Shown here: one piece after another, positions 36,643 to 52,104 of the stretch | Layout of the letters: every line of letters starts with the position of its first letter | Position numbering within the stretch: position 1 is the first letter of the stretch | Assembly: GCA_010093705.1 (NCBI GenBank) | Contig: MU006090.1 | Coordinates: forward strand, 2,100,022-2,164,021 | Direction of reading: 5' to 3' | From: Patellaria atrata CBS 101060 | Lineage: Eukaryota | Length of the DNA: 64,000 bases | Made by a program: the position numbers and the translations under genes | Notes under the pieces: model-generated | Database searches by the model: none | The model's input: only the letters and a program-made list of their open reading frames with translations | What the model was told of the DNA's origin: nothing

Positions 36643-39125
36643 TCACCAATGCCTCGCTACCACAAGCCAATTTCCCTCCCTCAGCAGACCAACTAGCCTC
36701 GCTATCCTCTTCCTCTTGACCCCTTCTCTGAGGGCTATTTCCTCAAGAGCATGTTTACCGTCAAGATACTGTAGCAAATGTGGCCACATCTCCCTAAGCT
36801 CTGAGTCCGTGAACGAACCACAGATATGTTCGATCCAGGCAGACTCCTCAGCATTGGCTTTTGTTGGCGAAAATATGAGTGAATCTCTGACGAAAGATTT
36901 GTATCTCAGATATTCGAAATTGTTATTTCTATTCCAGTCACTACTGGATACATCTGACTCTGATGGTGGATACTTCTGCTCCGTTAGAGGAGGGATGGTG
37001 GTTACATTGCTAGCTTCGCTCCCGGTATCTGAACCGGGACGGTTTGGTGAGCGGTATGCCCTCAATAATGGAGAGGTGATAGTCAACCGAGGCTGAAAGT
37101 CCGTATTTTCGCTGTTCTCCGCCAGGGTCAGTCGCGTCAAAAGACTGCTGGGTGATTTTTCGTCTCCCGCATGTCCTGCGTGGTCAGATCCGGCATTTGT
37201 TTCTTGAACCGTAGCTAGTTTGGCACGGTGTCGCTCTTCCCGCTCTATGTTGTCGGCAACTTGTTTCTTCACCTTCGCAGGAATTCTCAACCATGCGAAA
37301 GTTCGAAGTTGGGTTACCCAGCCTCCACGCATTAACCATGCTAGAATCTCCATATAGGCGATTCGGTGATCCTTACTCGGCATCAATTGGCCGAATGGTC
37401 TGGTTTGACCTGAGAGCATGTTGAGCATCTTAGGTAGTGGTGGTAAAGAAGGAAATCGTATTGAAAAAGCACGAGTCGCATTATGTAGGGCGCGCATGTC
37501 CGCGTTAGGTGATACTATATAAGTGTCGCGAGGATTTAATGGAGGAATTGCTCTTGCTCGTCGCCAGTATATGAGATGATTGGAGAGAACTTGAACATCC
37601 TGCATGGTGATAGAACACGTTACCGAAAGCTTTTGTAACGACTTAGTCGGCGTTAGGTTGCGAATGAAGAATGCCAGCGGCGCAGAACGTTCCCGTGTCT
37701 CACTCTCAATCTCCTTCAAAAGTATTTCAGAATCTTCTAACAACAAAAGAGCAGAGTGCGGACTCATAATAGATATAGAGTCCTCATCGTCCACAATGTT
37801 GGCAGTTGTAAGCCATAGCCCAGGTTGCTGAGGGTGAATTGGTGTTGGCGCATATGGTGTGAAAATAGCCTGCGGTATCTGAAATGATGTATCAACAGAG
37901 GAGTTCAAGTTTACATGTGCAATCTTGGAATCTGATATCGCGTCATATATGATTGCTATTGATCTTGCAAGGGATGATTTGAACATTATAGTCGGCCAAA
38001 GGATTGACATAGGGGTTTCTGTACAAGATGTGTCAGTCGTGGCTATTATTCGCTATATCCTCCTACCATACTATTGTTCCACTTACTGTTTTCCTTTGCT
38101 TTAGCTTTGAGAGCGAGAATCTTTCGACACTCCTCCCAGACATAATTTGAGCGAGCCTGTTCGTGTTTCAACGCTTTACTAAACTTTTTGGCCACATTGT
38201 CATACAATTCTTTGATACGCAGAATATGCTGGTTGACGGGAGGATCAAGAACAAAAAGGACGTTAAATAAGGTCATCTCATCCTCCATACTGCCTGTCGA
38301 ATCACTTTTAGGCTCTGAGCCAGCTTCTGAAGCGACCTCAGAGAGCATGCCATGACCGTATCCCGGCTCAAAGCCTTCAGGATGGACGAAAGTAGGATCC
38401 TGCTCGTTCATTGAGGAGATGCGAGAGTTTCTAGTTTGGTTATCTGCTGCTTCGTAGTCCAAGTTTTCACTATGGTTCACGTTAGCTAATTCATTATTAC
38501 CGTTTCCTCCACTCCATCTACGCCGTCTTCTCTTCTTCCATGTGCCATCATCTCTTACAAACCTAGGACTTCCCAAAAATATCAATATATCCAAAGCCAC
38601 TTCAAATCTCCTCTTGTTGAGCCCAGGTTGCGGACATAGTAAATTCTCGAGTCCGCCAGTTGCATACCCTAGCACCTCTTCCCAGTCATTCTCAGGAGGC
38701 CGCCTCGAAGCACCATTGAGTGGTCTTGAGCCGTCCTCCTGGAAATCCTCCTCCTCACGGTCGACCTCATCGATATCCTCGTACTCCCTTAATCCTGTGC
38801 CTCTCAAGCCTGGTTCGTGCTTTCCGCTTGTGCCGCGACTTGTAACCCTACTCCCAGCTCTGCTGCTCCTATCGCCAGATTCCTCGTCGTCGGAACTGCC
38901 TGAGCTACCAGAGCTAGATTCGGAAGAAGTATCGCCTTTTGTAGAAGTAGTACCGTACCAGCTTGGGTTAGAGGGTGGAAGGCTTCCGCTCTTAGGATAT
39001 GGAGGATAGTGGAATACGAAATGAGGGCCGGCACGAGATTTGGCTACAAGAATTATGGCGACAAGTGAGGGATTTGGTGGATGATTGAAAGTAGTAGGAG
39101 ATATCGACCATGATAATGAAGCCAT
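36643..39125 (-). CDS. NPR3: Nitrogen permease regulator 3 (SEACIT/GATOR1 subunit)
   Basis: PNPSLVAIILVAKSRAGPHFVFHYP; ALKHEQARSNYV; LIYWRRARAIPPL; one intron near 38020-38085. Confidence 0.9.
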
Positions 39126-39329
39126 TGTTAGGCAGTTACACCTTTCGGAGGTGGAAACTGTGGGTGTTGCTCTGTAAGGTACTTTTTGGAGCTCAGTACC
39201 TTAAAAGGCAGCTCGATATACATTAGCTCGAAGCTAAGCTTTCTTATCGATAAGCTAATACAGTAGCTTAATTTTTCCATAACTTCAAGATTTTTAATGA
39301 TGTACGATGTCTAGTGATCAACTTTCTAA

Positions 39330-40238
39330 ATGGCGTCAAGTACAACACAGGGGAATCCCTTCATCAAGCAGCTAGCTTCAAGCGGTGAGGATCTAATGCT
39401 GTTCAATTTAAATCGAAACTCATGGTCGATATAGATAAAAAGCTACGAGACAAAGCGGTGGAGAGCTTGCAGTTATATATCAGCAACCGTAAGCAATTCG
39501 AGGAGTTGGAGCTTCTTAAATTATGGAAGGGGCTCTTTTACTGTTAGTGACTTCATGATTCACCAGGTTTAAGGTTTGAATTTACATAAGATTAGGCGTT
39601 TGGATGAGCGATCGCCCACGTGCGCAGCAACAACTAGCCAGAGACCTTGCTGACTTAATGGAAATACTACCGCCGGAGACTATAGTACCATTTCTGAGTG
39701 CATTCTGGAAGACCATAGCGAGAGAATGGAACGGTATAGATGTACTCAGGTTGGTAATATATGGCCTAGACAAAGCCCTTCTTTGAACTAACATACAACC
39801 AATAGAATGGATAAATTTATGTTCCTCGTACGGCAGTACCTTGCCACTACGTTCCAACAACTATCAAAGCAGAACTGGTTGAACTCTGGCATGATCGAAA
39901 GCTGTATGACCATGCTGGAGGAGATACCGCTAAACGCAAAGGACCATAGGTTACCTAATGGTCTACGTTACCATGTGCTGGATATTTACGTAGATGAGCT
40001 GGACAAGGTCGATGCTGAGAGGGATTCGGATATTCCACTAGAATTGCTTTTGAAGCCCCTGAGAAACCTAGAGAAGAGTAGTCCGACGAAGTCAGTTCGC
40101 TTGAAGGCGAAAGAAGCGTTGGACGATGCTCGTTTGGCGGATTGGAAGGGAGAGCAGGGTACGAATGAAGCAGTCGTAGAAGGGAAGCGACAAAGCGAAG
40201 ATAGTGAGGAGGAAGAATGGGGCGGGATCGAGAATTGA
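39330..40238 (+). CDS. RRP1: rRNA processing protein Rrp1/Nop52
   Basis: [11 protein letters not shown]...[22 protein letters not shown]...[19 protein letters not shown]; 3 introns. Confidence 0.92.
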
Positions 40239-40355
40239 ATTACCTGCCGTGCACATCTGTCTTCTTGGAATCCCGATGCATCGTATGAAACGATATAGTC
40301 TCCATCGAATCCTTGACTCATGATACTGCCGCTACATGCGAATAGGGTGCGCAAT

Positions 40356-41323
<968 letters not shown>

Positions 41324-41707
41324 ATTGTATACGTACTGTTAAGGGTGGTGTAGAGAAAAGATCTGATATAGGAGCGGAAAGCGAAAGTTATAGAAATTTC
41401 AGGGCTAGAAGTTGATTGGTCAGAGGGTGTAGTTCTAGCGTGGCATGTGGGGGTGGGGAAATCTTGAAAGTACCTCAAGTCCTCAACCAGATACCTGCAG
41501 TAACACCATCATGACGGGAAGCATATGATAACATAGAGACCCAAGAAGATAGAATTCATTTACAAGTGCATCAAAGCTAATAGTTCCTTTCGAGGAATGC
41601 CATATAAAATCCAGACCTGCCGCTTCAGCGCGCGCCGTTCAAATCCCAAATAGAGCCTCCTCCGCGCCCCGGCCATTGCATATGTTTGCTTGTCATCAGT
41701 CATCACT

Positions 41708-42860
41708 TCATCGAAATTCAATTGCGGCTACACAGCCGTGATCAGGTACGTGTCTAAGTTCAAGTTGTTGGTATCTACAAAGTTGTTAGCATACTCAAAT
41801 CTTGCTTAATGATTTAGCACTCGACTCACTTTTCGCTCTTTGCGTGGAAGTATATTCCGTTCACATTTCCATTTACCTGGTTGAAGCAAATGTAATAGAA
41901 TCCTTCAAAGCTGGCCCCGGAGATCGTCCTTACGCGATGATCTGGAACGAGGAAGTATTCTTTCCACCTCATGAATATATGCTCATGCTGAGAAAAGTTC
42001 TTGTAACTGAAATTTGGACTCTTTGCTTGTTTCGCAAGAGGGCGCCATGCGGGAAATCGTCCCCAGTGTTGGTTATCAACCTTTTCGTTCGAGCCCCACT
42101 CTGGATGTCTAGTCTGGAAATTATACTTTGTCCCAATTATCTCGCCCTCAAAATATGTGGTGAGTGTTGGATGGTCGTCGGTTAGACCTAAAGATTTGCT
42201 GCGTCAGTATGCGATGTGTAGTACCGGTTAAGCATGTAAGCATACCTTGGATACGCAAGTAGCCACAGAGAAAAGACTCGTTCATATCCACATGTTTGAT
42301 CTCCACCTGTACGTCATATCTCTGCCGATCTGATTGTTGGGTACCGTGAAATTTACTACCAGGACGAAGAAGAGATGAGGAAGAGTTGGGGAGAAACTAG
42401 ATGCAGCAATTAGTACTTTGGCGATAACGACTGTAGCGTGATGTCTTACTCTAGTACTAGGGAATGGCGAGCCTAAGAAGGTAGATGGCAAAGTAGGCAC
42501 GTTGGTACGCTCTGTGGTAGAATGAGGTCGCACTTCGCTTTCGACAGACTCTTCAGATGCGCTTAAGGGACTGGGGGTATCGCGTATCAAAGGATATTCT
42601 TCCTCTCTATCGATCTGCTTAACCATTCTTTCTGTTGCATCAGGACAGTCTGGTGTTACTATACTCTCTGGAGGTGGGGTGGGTTGTTGTGGAGATACGG
42701 TATCAGGTTCAGAGGAGGGATCAGGTGATTCAGTAACAGTGTTTATGGAGGAGTTGCGAGCCATGTCTGGGGGACAGGTATGGCGAGATTGAAATGGAGA
42801 GATGTGATCCAAGCTAAGTGGTGGTGAGGGCATGCGCGCATCGTCACTCGGAGTTGGCAT
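41708..42860 (-). CDS. VID24: GID complex substrate receptor Gid4/Vid24
   Basis: FHGTQQSDRQRYDVQVEIKHVDMNESFLCGYLRIQ|GLTDDHPTLTTYFEGEII...FMRWKEYFLVPDHRVRTISGASFEGFYYICF; ends ...AAIEFR*. Confidence 0.92.
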
Positions 42861-44001
42861 GATGACAAAACGGATGGTATGAAGCCCGATAAGGTGGGAA
42901 CGAGAGTTCAAGAAGACATAAAGTTGAAGTACAAGAATTGTATATTACAACAGAGTCGCGATGAGTTTTGCAGGATGCGCAAAAGGTCAGGACATACAAA
43001 ACATGATAGTGAGAAACACAATTGGATTCGAGACTAAGGTTAGAAGGACCTTAACCTCGAGAGAAAGAGGAGTCTGGCTGGCTCTGGCGATGGAGTGGTG
43101 AGCAAAGCACTCACTGGCTGTACTTCTTCTTGTGGCGTGTGCGTTAGTTAGTTCTAAAGGTTTGCGTAAGGGTCACTTGGGCCTTATATCGGCCTGTGTG
43201 TTAAGACTAATAACCATCTGTACGTATGAAGACTGGGCTACGGCTATCAACCCGCTATTGCGCTCTTACGCTCCTACAACATTTTCAAATCTTTCTATAC
43301 CACCTTTTCGTTGGTTCTTGCTTCGATTTTAATGTTCTGACCCCCAAACTCCCCAAATTCCACCAAGGCGCCATCATCAGCCTTCCGACTCCTACTGTGG
43401 GGAAACCAGCCGGAAGCGCGGCAATCACGTGGTTTACGATCCTTTTCAACTCCTCCCTCTCCGCCGCTATTAGTCCTACTACAAATTATTATAATGACTC
43501 TCGTAGTGGTCTGTTCATCATGACATGACAAAATTATTTGCGCAAGTGGATCTTGAATAACCAGGGCAAGTACGTCAAAAGGTACTATATGGAAGCTGGA
43601 AGCGTGACGTCGGCTTAGGGATAAGATGTTGACAAAGAGCTGAAGGATTCTGACAGTGGAAGGTGAGCAAAGTCTTGGAAATGTCGTGTCACATCAGCAA
43701 CGCAAGGACAAGACAAGGAAAATGCCGCCCGATACTACAATCCGTTCTGGATTTTGAAATAGTAGCTTTTATCGTTCTGACACTCAGCATCTGCTCCATG
43801 CGGTGTGCGACCTCATCAAAAGGTGGGGTCTATCGAATCTAAGTAAGCTCGCAACAGAGCCGCTTAAGGTATGCCAACGATCATATCAAGATCAAAGTGC
43901 GGCGCACTCAAATAGCCTTCCTCTATGTCGCACCCAAAATGCTTGACTGAACGACACTCCTCTCTCGGTCTATGCTGATCTGATTCCGGCCAAGAATTTC
44001 C

Positions 44002-44809
44002 TCAGATCGGCTTGATCTATAAACAAGATGAGTGATGTGTTCCGTCTGATGGGAATAGTTCCAGCAGAGAATTGACGAACCTTGAAGTGTAGAGATATTA
44101 ATGAAAACACTAGAGCTTTGAGATCTTGTACCAGATAATAGAAGACCCGAAGGCCTTCCGGGTCTTGAGACTCGGTCACGTCGACCAGTGATCCTATCTT
44201 CGCAGTCTATGCTACGGTTAATAAGCAATTCCTACTGAAACTACATAAAACTCACCTCGAAAGAGATGTGCTCTTGTCCAACACGGATCTCGAGCTCCTG
44301 GCGGCCGTCCTTGTTCTTTTGCGGCCATTTGGTATCATCTTCTCTGTTGAAGTTAGCATCCCGGATTAGTATTTAACATGAGGGACGTGGCTACGTACTT
44401 CATTATCTCGCTATCTTTAATGATACGCTTAATCTCCGATACCATCAGGGAGCTCACGCACACTGTTGATGTAGATATTTAGAACCATACAACCATACAA
44501 ATATATGATACAGGGAAACGAACTTTCTTTTCGAATTAGGGAGTCATTACGATAGTTAGAGTTGTTTGCGTATCGAAATGAGGCGCTACGTCCGTCGCCT
44601 TGGACCCGAAAATCGAATTCTGAAAATAATAAGCCTACAATCTTCAATTCGATAAGATTTTGCATGTATACCAAGAAATTCATGACCGAATCTTCCCGAG
44701 TGACCAGAACTGTAAAGGTACTATGTCAGACTGTGTTTTGCATTGTCAACATATGAAGCTTGGCAACATACTAGTAACGCAAGTAGAAAGGCTCGTCTGC
44801 TGGAGCCAT
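44002..44809 (-). CDS. Exon junction complex protein mago nashi
   Basis: [29 protein letters not shown]...[17 protein letters not shown]...[34 protein letters not shown]. Confidence 0.95.
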
Positions 44810-45285
44810 GATGGCGACGGGAGTGATATACTTTGTATTGTCTACAGCTAATTGTAGAACTTAAAAAGAAGAAGATATCCCTATCTCAAGATCTAATAAT
44901 GGTGGTTGTAGTGGCGATCTTAAAGCTGCGGGAAGAAACATTGGGAGGGCTGCAGGGCGGTGTATAGCCGAGCGCTGGCTTCACCCCAATCCTAACCTCG
45001 AAGTGTGAACACTTGGATGTTTACCAGCGAAGTCGAAGGGGGTAATAACCCGCGATCAAGAGTTACCTTACCTTACTTTGGATTCTCTACGCCGCGTATA
45101 CGTCAAATTCATCACCGGACCCTTGAGGCTTACCTTCCATCTCTACCGCGATTCCATTTTTGCAGTCGTAAACGAACAATTCTCCTACGGATCAGCATAG
45201 AGCTTGAAATCTAGTTACCACCACCTGAGCCTCAGGGCAGGGGGGAAGCGTCAATTCAGATAGTGTTTCGCGTAAAACATTAAAC

Positions 45286-48200
45286 ATGGCGACTTTCCTC
45301 GAAAACTCGTACAGTCTGGTCCATCAGGATAATGCGGCAGACCAGCCAACCTTACAGGAGCTCAAAACCCAGCTAGAAAAGGGGACAGATGAGACCAAGG
45401 TCGAAACAATGAAAAGGGTCTTGACAGTCATGTTGAATGGGGATCCTCTACCGGGTCTACTGATGCACATCATTCGATTTGTTATGCCTTCTAAAAGCAA
45501 GCCCTTGAAAAAGCTCCTGTATCTATACTACGAGATATGTCCGAAACACGAGAGTAATGGTAAACTCAAGCAAGAGATGATCCTTGTTTGGTGAGCTATC
45601 ATTCTTCCATATTATGAAGTGGTACTTATAAGGTTACTTAGTAATGGCATCCGGCTGGATCTTATGCACCCCAACGAATACATCCGCGGGAATACTCTAC
45701 GTTTTTTGTGTAAAATGAGAGACGCAGAATTAGTTGAACCTCTACTCGCACCGGCGCGTCAATGCCTCGAACATCGTCATGCATATGTGCGGAAAAACGC
45801 GGTTTGGGCCATAGCTTCGATATACCAACATCTAGAATCTATGATTCCTGATGCTCCAGATCTTATTATGAACTTCTTGGAGGAGGAGAACGATAATACT
45901 TGCAAAAGGAATGCTTTCGCAGCGTTGTCTTCCATTTCCCATGATAAAGCTTTAGAATATCTGGGCGGCGTTTTCGACGGTATTCCCAATGCAGACGAGT
46001 TACTTCAACTCACGGAGTTAGAGTTTATTCGCAAAGATGCTGTCACTAATTCCCAGAATAAGGTCTGCTATCTAATATAAGCCGAATTATAAAGCAGTAG
46101 TTGACTTTCTGTACAGGCGAGATACCTACGACTAATATTCGATCTTCTGGAGGCTAATACCGCTACTGTGGTTTACGAGGCCGCATCCTCTCTTACCGCT
46201 TTAACAAGCAATCCTGTTGCAGTGAAGGCAGCCGCTTCCAAGTTCATTGAACTGAGCATTAAGGAAGCAGACAATAACGTCAAGCTTATCGTATTGGAGA
46301 AAGTAGATCAGTTACGGCAAAACAATGAGGGTGTCCTTGACGACCTTACCATGGAAGTTCTCCGTGTTCTCTCCAGTCCAGATATCGACGTACGAAAGAA
46401 AGCGCTGAGCATCGCATTAGACATGGTGTCCAGCAAGAATGTGGAGGAGGTTGTTTCTCTACTCAAAAAGGAGCTATCTAAGACCGTTGATGAGCAATAT
46501 GAGAAGGTGAGTGAATGTGGCCGCGTGTTCTTGCACGACTAACTATGGTTAGAACACTGAATACCGCTCTCTACTGATCAATGCAATACACCAATGTGCT
46601 ATCAAGTTCTCAGAAGTAGCCTCTAGCGTTGTCGGATCATTGATGGATTTCATTGCCGATTTCAACAACGCTTCTGCTGTCGACGTAATCTCGTTTGTGA
46701 AAGAAGTTGTCGAAAAATTCCCGAAACTAAGACCAACAATTGTCGAGCGACTTGTTTCGACTTTGAGTGAAGTCAGGGCCGGAAAAGTCTACCGCGGTGC
46801 ATTGTGGATCGTTGGAGAATACTCTCTTGAAGCAAACGATATCCGTGAAGCCTGGAAGCGTATCAGGGCGAGTTTAGGCGAGATACCCATTCTAGCATCT
46901 GAAGAACGTCTTCTAGCAGAAGTTCCAGACGGAGAGTCGGACCCGAAGGATCAGATCAATGGACACGCCAAATCCAGTGAACCAACTGGGTCTCGGAAAG
47001 TCCTTGCAGATGGTACTTATGCCACTGAAAGTGCATTAACAAGTTCAGCGGCGGTAAAAGCTAAACTAGAAGCCGTCAAAGCTGCTCAAAAGCCACCTCT
47101 TCGACAGCTCATATTAGACGGTGATTATTATCTGGCAACAGTACTCTCATCCACCCTCACGAAGCTTGTCATGCGCCACTCCGAGATATCGAATGACACA
47201 GCCCGGACAAATGCTTTACGCGCAGAGGCCATGCTTATCATGATTTCCATTGTCCGCGTGGGACAGTCTCAGTTCGTCAAAGCACCTATAGATGAGGATT
47301 CGGTAGATAGAATCATGTCCTGCGTCCGATCCCTCGCTGAATTTGCTGAACATAAAGAGTTGGAATCAGTCTTCCTTGATGATACCCGTAACGCATTCAG
47401 AGCTATTGTACAAGTCGAAGAGAAGAAGCGAGCCGCTAAAGAAGCGTCAGAGAAGGCTAAGAGCGCCATCCAGATCGATGATGTTGTCTCGATTCGACAA
47501 TTAGCAAAGAAGACAACGACCGACGGCGCGGATGAGGTCCAATTGGATCTCGACAAAGCTACCGGAGGTGACACTACTGCGGACGATCTATCTTCAAAAT
47601 TGAGTAGAGTAGTCCAATTGACCGGTTTCTCGGATCCAGTATATGCTGAAGCATATGTCAAGGTTCATCAATTCGACATTGTTCTAGATGTTCTTTTAGT
47701 CAATCAGACGACAGAGACGCTACAGAATCTGTCGGTTGAGTTTGCAACGTTAGGAGACTTGAAAGTCATTGAGAAACCGACAACTCAAAATCTTGGCCCG
47801 CATGATTTCCATAATGTTCAAGCTACCATTAAAGTCTCCTCAACTGATACTGGAGTTATTTTCGGCAATGTTGTCTATGATGGCGCCAGCTCAACCGAAA
47901 GCAATGTTGTCATCCTGAATGATGTTCACGTCGATATTATGGATTACATCCAACCTGCATACTGTTCGGAGACGCAGTTCAGAACAATGTGGACCGAATT
48001 TGAATGGGAAAATAAGGTCAACATCAATTCTAAGGCGAAAAATCTAAGAGATTTCTTGAAACAACTCATGGCATGTACAAATATGAGCTGTCTGACACCG
48101 GAGGCATCTATGAAGGGTGATTGTCAATTCCTGAGCGCTAATCTCTATGCCCGGAGCGTGTTTGGTATGTCTCACCTACTTGGATAAAATTACAAGAATA

Positions 48201-48369
48201 GCCAACTAACTTTTGCATAGGAGAGGATGCTCTAGCAAATCTTAGCATTGAGAAGGAGGGTGAGAATGGGCCTATAACCGGCTTTGTGCGAATAAGGAGC
48301 CGATCACAGGGACTTGCCCTCAGCTTAGGATCATTAAAGGGGCTGAGCAAGGTAGGAGAGACTTCTTGA
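45286..48369 (+). CDS. SEC26: Coatomer subunit beta
   Basis: [16 protein letters not shown]...[19 protein letters not shown]...[15 protein letters not shown]...[14 protein letters not shown]; 4 introns. Confidence 0.97.
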
Positions 48370-48906
48370 GCTCGTCGCTACCTCCTCAAAAACTACCTCA
48401 ATTTCAAGGCCGACTCTTGGTGATTCAGGAGGATTGGTGTTCGTCCACATAATATGGCGCTGTTCAAGGCGCTCTAATGTAGACACGGTTGTTTATGATA
48501 GCATGATTCAGCATTTTGCAAAAGGATGGGAGAAGTGCGTGTAAGGCAGGGGCTCTGCTCGAGGCCTGCAAGTAAGATATTACTATTGGATTGTTGTGGA
48601 GATATGAAGCTGCAGATAGCTCTAAAAGATATCGAGATGTATTGAATGTGTGAACCTCTTGTTCCCCTGAGAATTTATTATGAATGACGTTGAAATTTAT
48701 AAACACAAAAGCTGGGATTACCTCGGTTCAGCCCTAAAATGAACAGGCGCGGCGTGGAGCTTGGGAGGATGACAATGTCAGACGGGCATGAGCCTCAAAT
48801 CTGCAACCACCCATCCCGGCCGTACCTGGGGCCTAAGGAACCGTCTGATTTTCTATAATTCTTCTCCAAACATGCCTCCTTCAGCTCTATCATCACAAGC
48901 GCAATT

Positions 48907-50548
48907 ATGACCTCGGGGCATGTTGACAACGTCAACCCGTTCGCAGACCCGGCTCCATCGCCAGAACCATTCAACGCCAGTCTACACGTTGGCAGGAATG
49001 CCTCTCTTACGCTGCGTGAAGATTCCCTTATGGTGATAGGTGAGTGGCTCTGTTGCTTTGAATATGTGGGGAATCAATTATCAATGCGAGAGAAACTAAC
49101 CGAGCAACCTTAGATGAAGACTTCCCATTCGACGACAGTGTCCCGAAATGCTGCGGTCTTGGACCGGATCGTCCGTCTCTCTATTCGAATCCCAATAATT
49201 CACAGTGGAGTTCATACTAACTTGAGTACTAGCGGCCAAGGTTGCGCGCTCCATACCCTTCTTTAACGTCCTCTGGGCCGAACTGTCTGGGCTTGATGTC
49301 ACTATACACCATGCTCTGCCCAACAAATCGAAGAAGAGCGTCCGAGTAGCATACATAAATTACACCCTTGAGGAGAGGCACCGACCACATGCAGATATTT
49401 GGGTGGACAATCTGCTCAGCATGGCATACGGTAAATCTCAGCGCAAGAAACGTATAAAGGTCCTTGTCAACCCCTTTGGCGGGCAGGGTAAAGCTCAAAC
49501 ATTGTACACAAGAGACATCGAGCCGATATTCGCCGCGGCACGTTGCGTGCTCGATGTTGAGAGTACGAAGTACTCTGGACATGCCGTAGAAATTGCGCGG
49601 AACTTAGATACCCAAGCTTGGGATGTAATAGCATGCTGTTCCGGTGACGGCGTACCTCACGAGGTGTTCAATGGCTTGGGCAAAAAGGAGGAGGGTGCTC
49701 GCGCTCTCTCTCAGGTTGCTGTCGTGCAGCTACCGTGTGGCAGTGGTAACGCTTTGTCTCTGAATCTTAATGGAACCAACAGCCCCAGTCTTGCGGCGCT
49801 TGCGGTGATCAAGGGTATCAAAACTCCCATGGATCTGGTCTCGGTCACTCAGGGAGACCGCCGAATACTATCATTCCTCTCTCAAGCCGTTGGTATCGTA
49901 GCAGAGACAGATCTGGCCACAGAACATCTCCGCTGGATGGGCGACACACGCTTCACATGGGGTTTCCTATCCCGCCTTCTCACCAAAACCATTTACCCCG
50001 CCGATATCGCCATCGAAGTCGAGATTCCCGATAAAGCTTCTATAAAACAGGCGTATGACCGAGAACTCTCCAACAACTTCCCCCCTGAGAGCCGTCGAGG
50101 CAACCATGAAGGCCCGGGCCTCCCACACCTCCGTTTCGGCACCGTCCAAGATCCTCTCCCGCCGTCCTGGGCCCTCCTCCCCTACGATAACCTCGGTAGC
50201 TTCTATGCCGGCAACATGTCCTACATGACGGCCGACGCAAATTTCTTCCCCGCCGCTTTGCCCTCGGACGGCTGCTTGGACCTCGTTACCATCGCCGGCG
50301 ACATCTCGCGCATTGCCGCGGTACAGTCGCTGCTCGCCGTCGAGAAGAATACATTTTTTGGCATGCCGCATGTAAACTATAGAAAGATTAGAGCGTACAG
50401 GATCATTCCGAAGCATCAGAAGGATGGTTACGTGAGTATCGATGGGGAGAGGGTTGCTTTTGAGCCATTTCAGGCGGAATGTCATAGGGGGTTGGGGACT
50501 GTGTTGAGCAAGAGTGGGCATGTGTATGAGGCTCAAGGGCCTAATTAA
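48907..50548 (+). CDS. LCB4: Sphingoid long-chain base kinase
   Basis: VLVNPFGGQG, SGDGVPHEVFNGL, LPCGSGNA, SIDGE; short 5' exons. Confidence 0.9.
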
Positions 50549-51117
50549 CTCGCTTATCACTTTCATGCTTTGTTGATTCAACGAAAGGGGAGTAATTATA
50601 CGCGGTAGTAAGCGTTGTAGTAAAGCAGCGCTGTATATGGGTGTATATTATCCGGCTTTGCTTCAAGAATTGCGTTTAGAGAATAGATTTGTCTCTTATA
50701 CACCAGCACCCGTTCCTACACTGTAGTTCGCGAACCCGCAATCTCTAGGGATACTCAGTAAATTTCAAGAAGGCTCCGTCACAGAGCTCGTTCTTCGGTC
50801 GCGACAATACCCATCCGTCCATCTATCCCATCCCAATAAACTCCATACCACCGGCCTGCTAAATCTACCCATTCCTATGTTAAAAGGAAAGTAAGAAGCC
50901 GTTAGCGCCGTTTCTTTGATGTCAGAACGGAGCCCATGTTAACGTGGCTGAGTTGGATGATCGCACATCCGGGCCAAAAGTTAAAAGGACAACGATGCGA
51001 GTCTATCTTGTCGTAGAACTGGACATGGCTTAAGTTTTAACAGTGACGATTGGGTATCTGGTAAGGCTTATCAGCTGTTGTAGACCATCGTATCAGCGTT
51101 GCACTCTAAAGGAAGGG

Positions 51118-51217
51118 NNNNNNNNNNNNNNNNNNNNNNNNNNNNNNNNNNNNNNNNNNNNNNNNNNNNNNNNNNNNNNNNNNNNNNNNNNNNNNNNNNN
51201 NNNNNNNNNNNNNNNNN
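51118..51217. other. Assembly gap (100 N) flanked by G runs
   Basis: Direct reading. Confidence 1.
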
Positions 51218-52104
51218 GGGGGGGGGGAGGCAGAAGGAAACCCCCCGAGGCATTTACCTTCATCTTCTGTGGGCTTGTTTGTTGTTGGGGCGAAAGGAAA
51301 TACGAAATTTGACTGAAGAGAAAATGGAATGAGAAGTTGCCCCAACTAAGCCATCGAGCCAGAATTAGAAATCAATTCGCCAGTTATCGTAAATAAGGCG
51401 AAGGTTCCTCGTGTGAAAGTTTGGTAAAGACTGATTTCTTGTCTGGGAAGAAACGCGTGATAGACGAGCTAGATTGTTCTTTTATCTCGACGTACAGCAC
51501 AGATCACAAAGGAACAACCACAGCAGAGGAAAGCAATGTTAAGTATTAAACAACAAATAGTCATTAGCTATGTACGCAAGGTCCCAGAGTGCTCCACGTG
51601 AGACCAGGAAAAGCCGCGCCCGCCAGAGAGTGACGTTATTAACATGGATTCGGTCCCAAGAACCGATAGCTTCGACGCCTGACAACAGACAAACAGACAA
51701 GGAAAGCAGTAAATTTTTTTTTGCACAGGGGATCTATCGCTGAAAATTGGCATACGTCGCAAGCCAGCAAAAGGAAGGGTTCGAATTCGAGTGTTGGGTA
51801 TCAGAGGATAGCCGTGAGCTGAGTACAAGACTCATGCATCTCCAGTAAAGATGAAAAGAAAGAAAATGAAAAGATGACACATGAAAATCAATGTGAAGCA
51901 CAAGATGCACGCCCGGCGCTATGAGAACACATGCATAGAGAAAGAGAGGAACAAAATGGGAAGAGGGACAAAAATTCCTTGACCTTCGTCACTCTGCCTG
52001 CCATTGACATATTAAGCGCATGAACCAAAACTGTACACTATCCGATAACGATAGACAAAGAACTCCATGCTTCGTGCATGGGACAGAAGAGCTGATTTCA
52101 GCTC

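Noticed and set aside
49967..50581. 204-aa antisense ORF and similar shadow ORFs opposite real genes
   Set aside because: Mirror frames of conserved CDSs with no recognisable motifs
51043..51345. ORFs spanning poly-X
   Set aside because: Artefacts of the 100-N assembly gap
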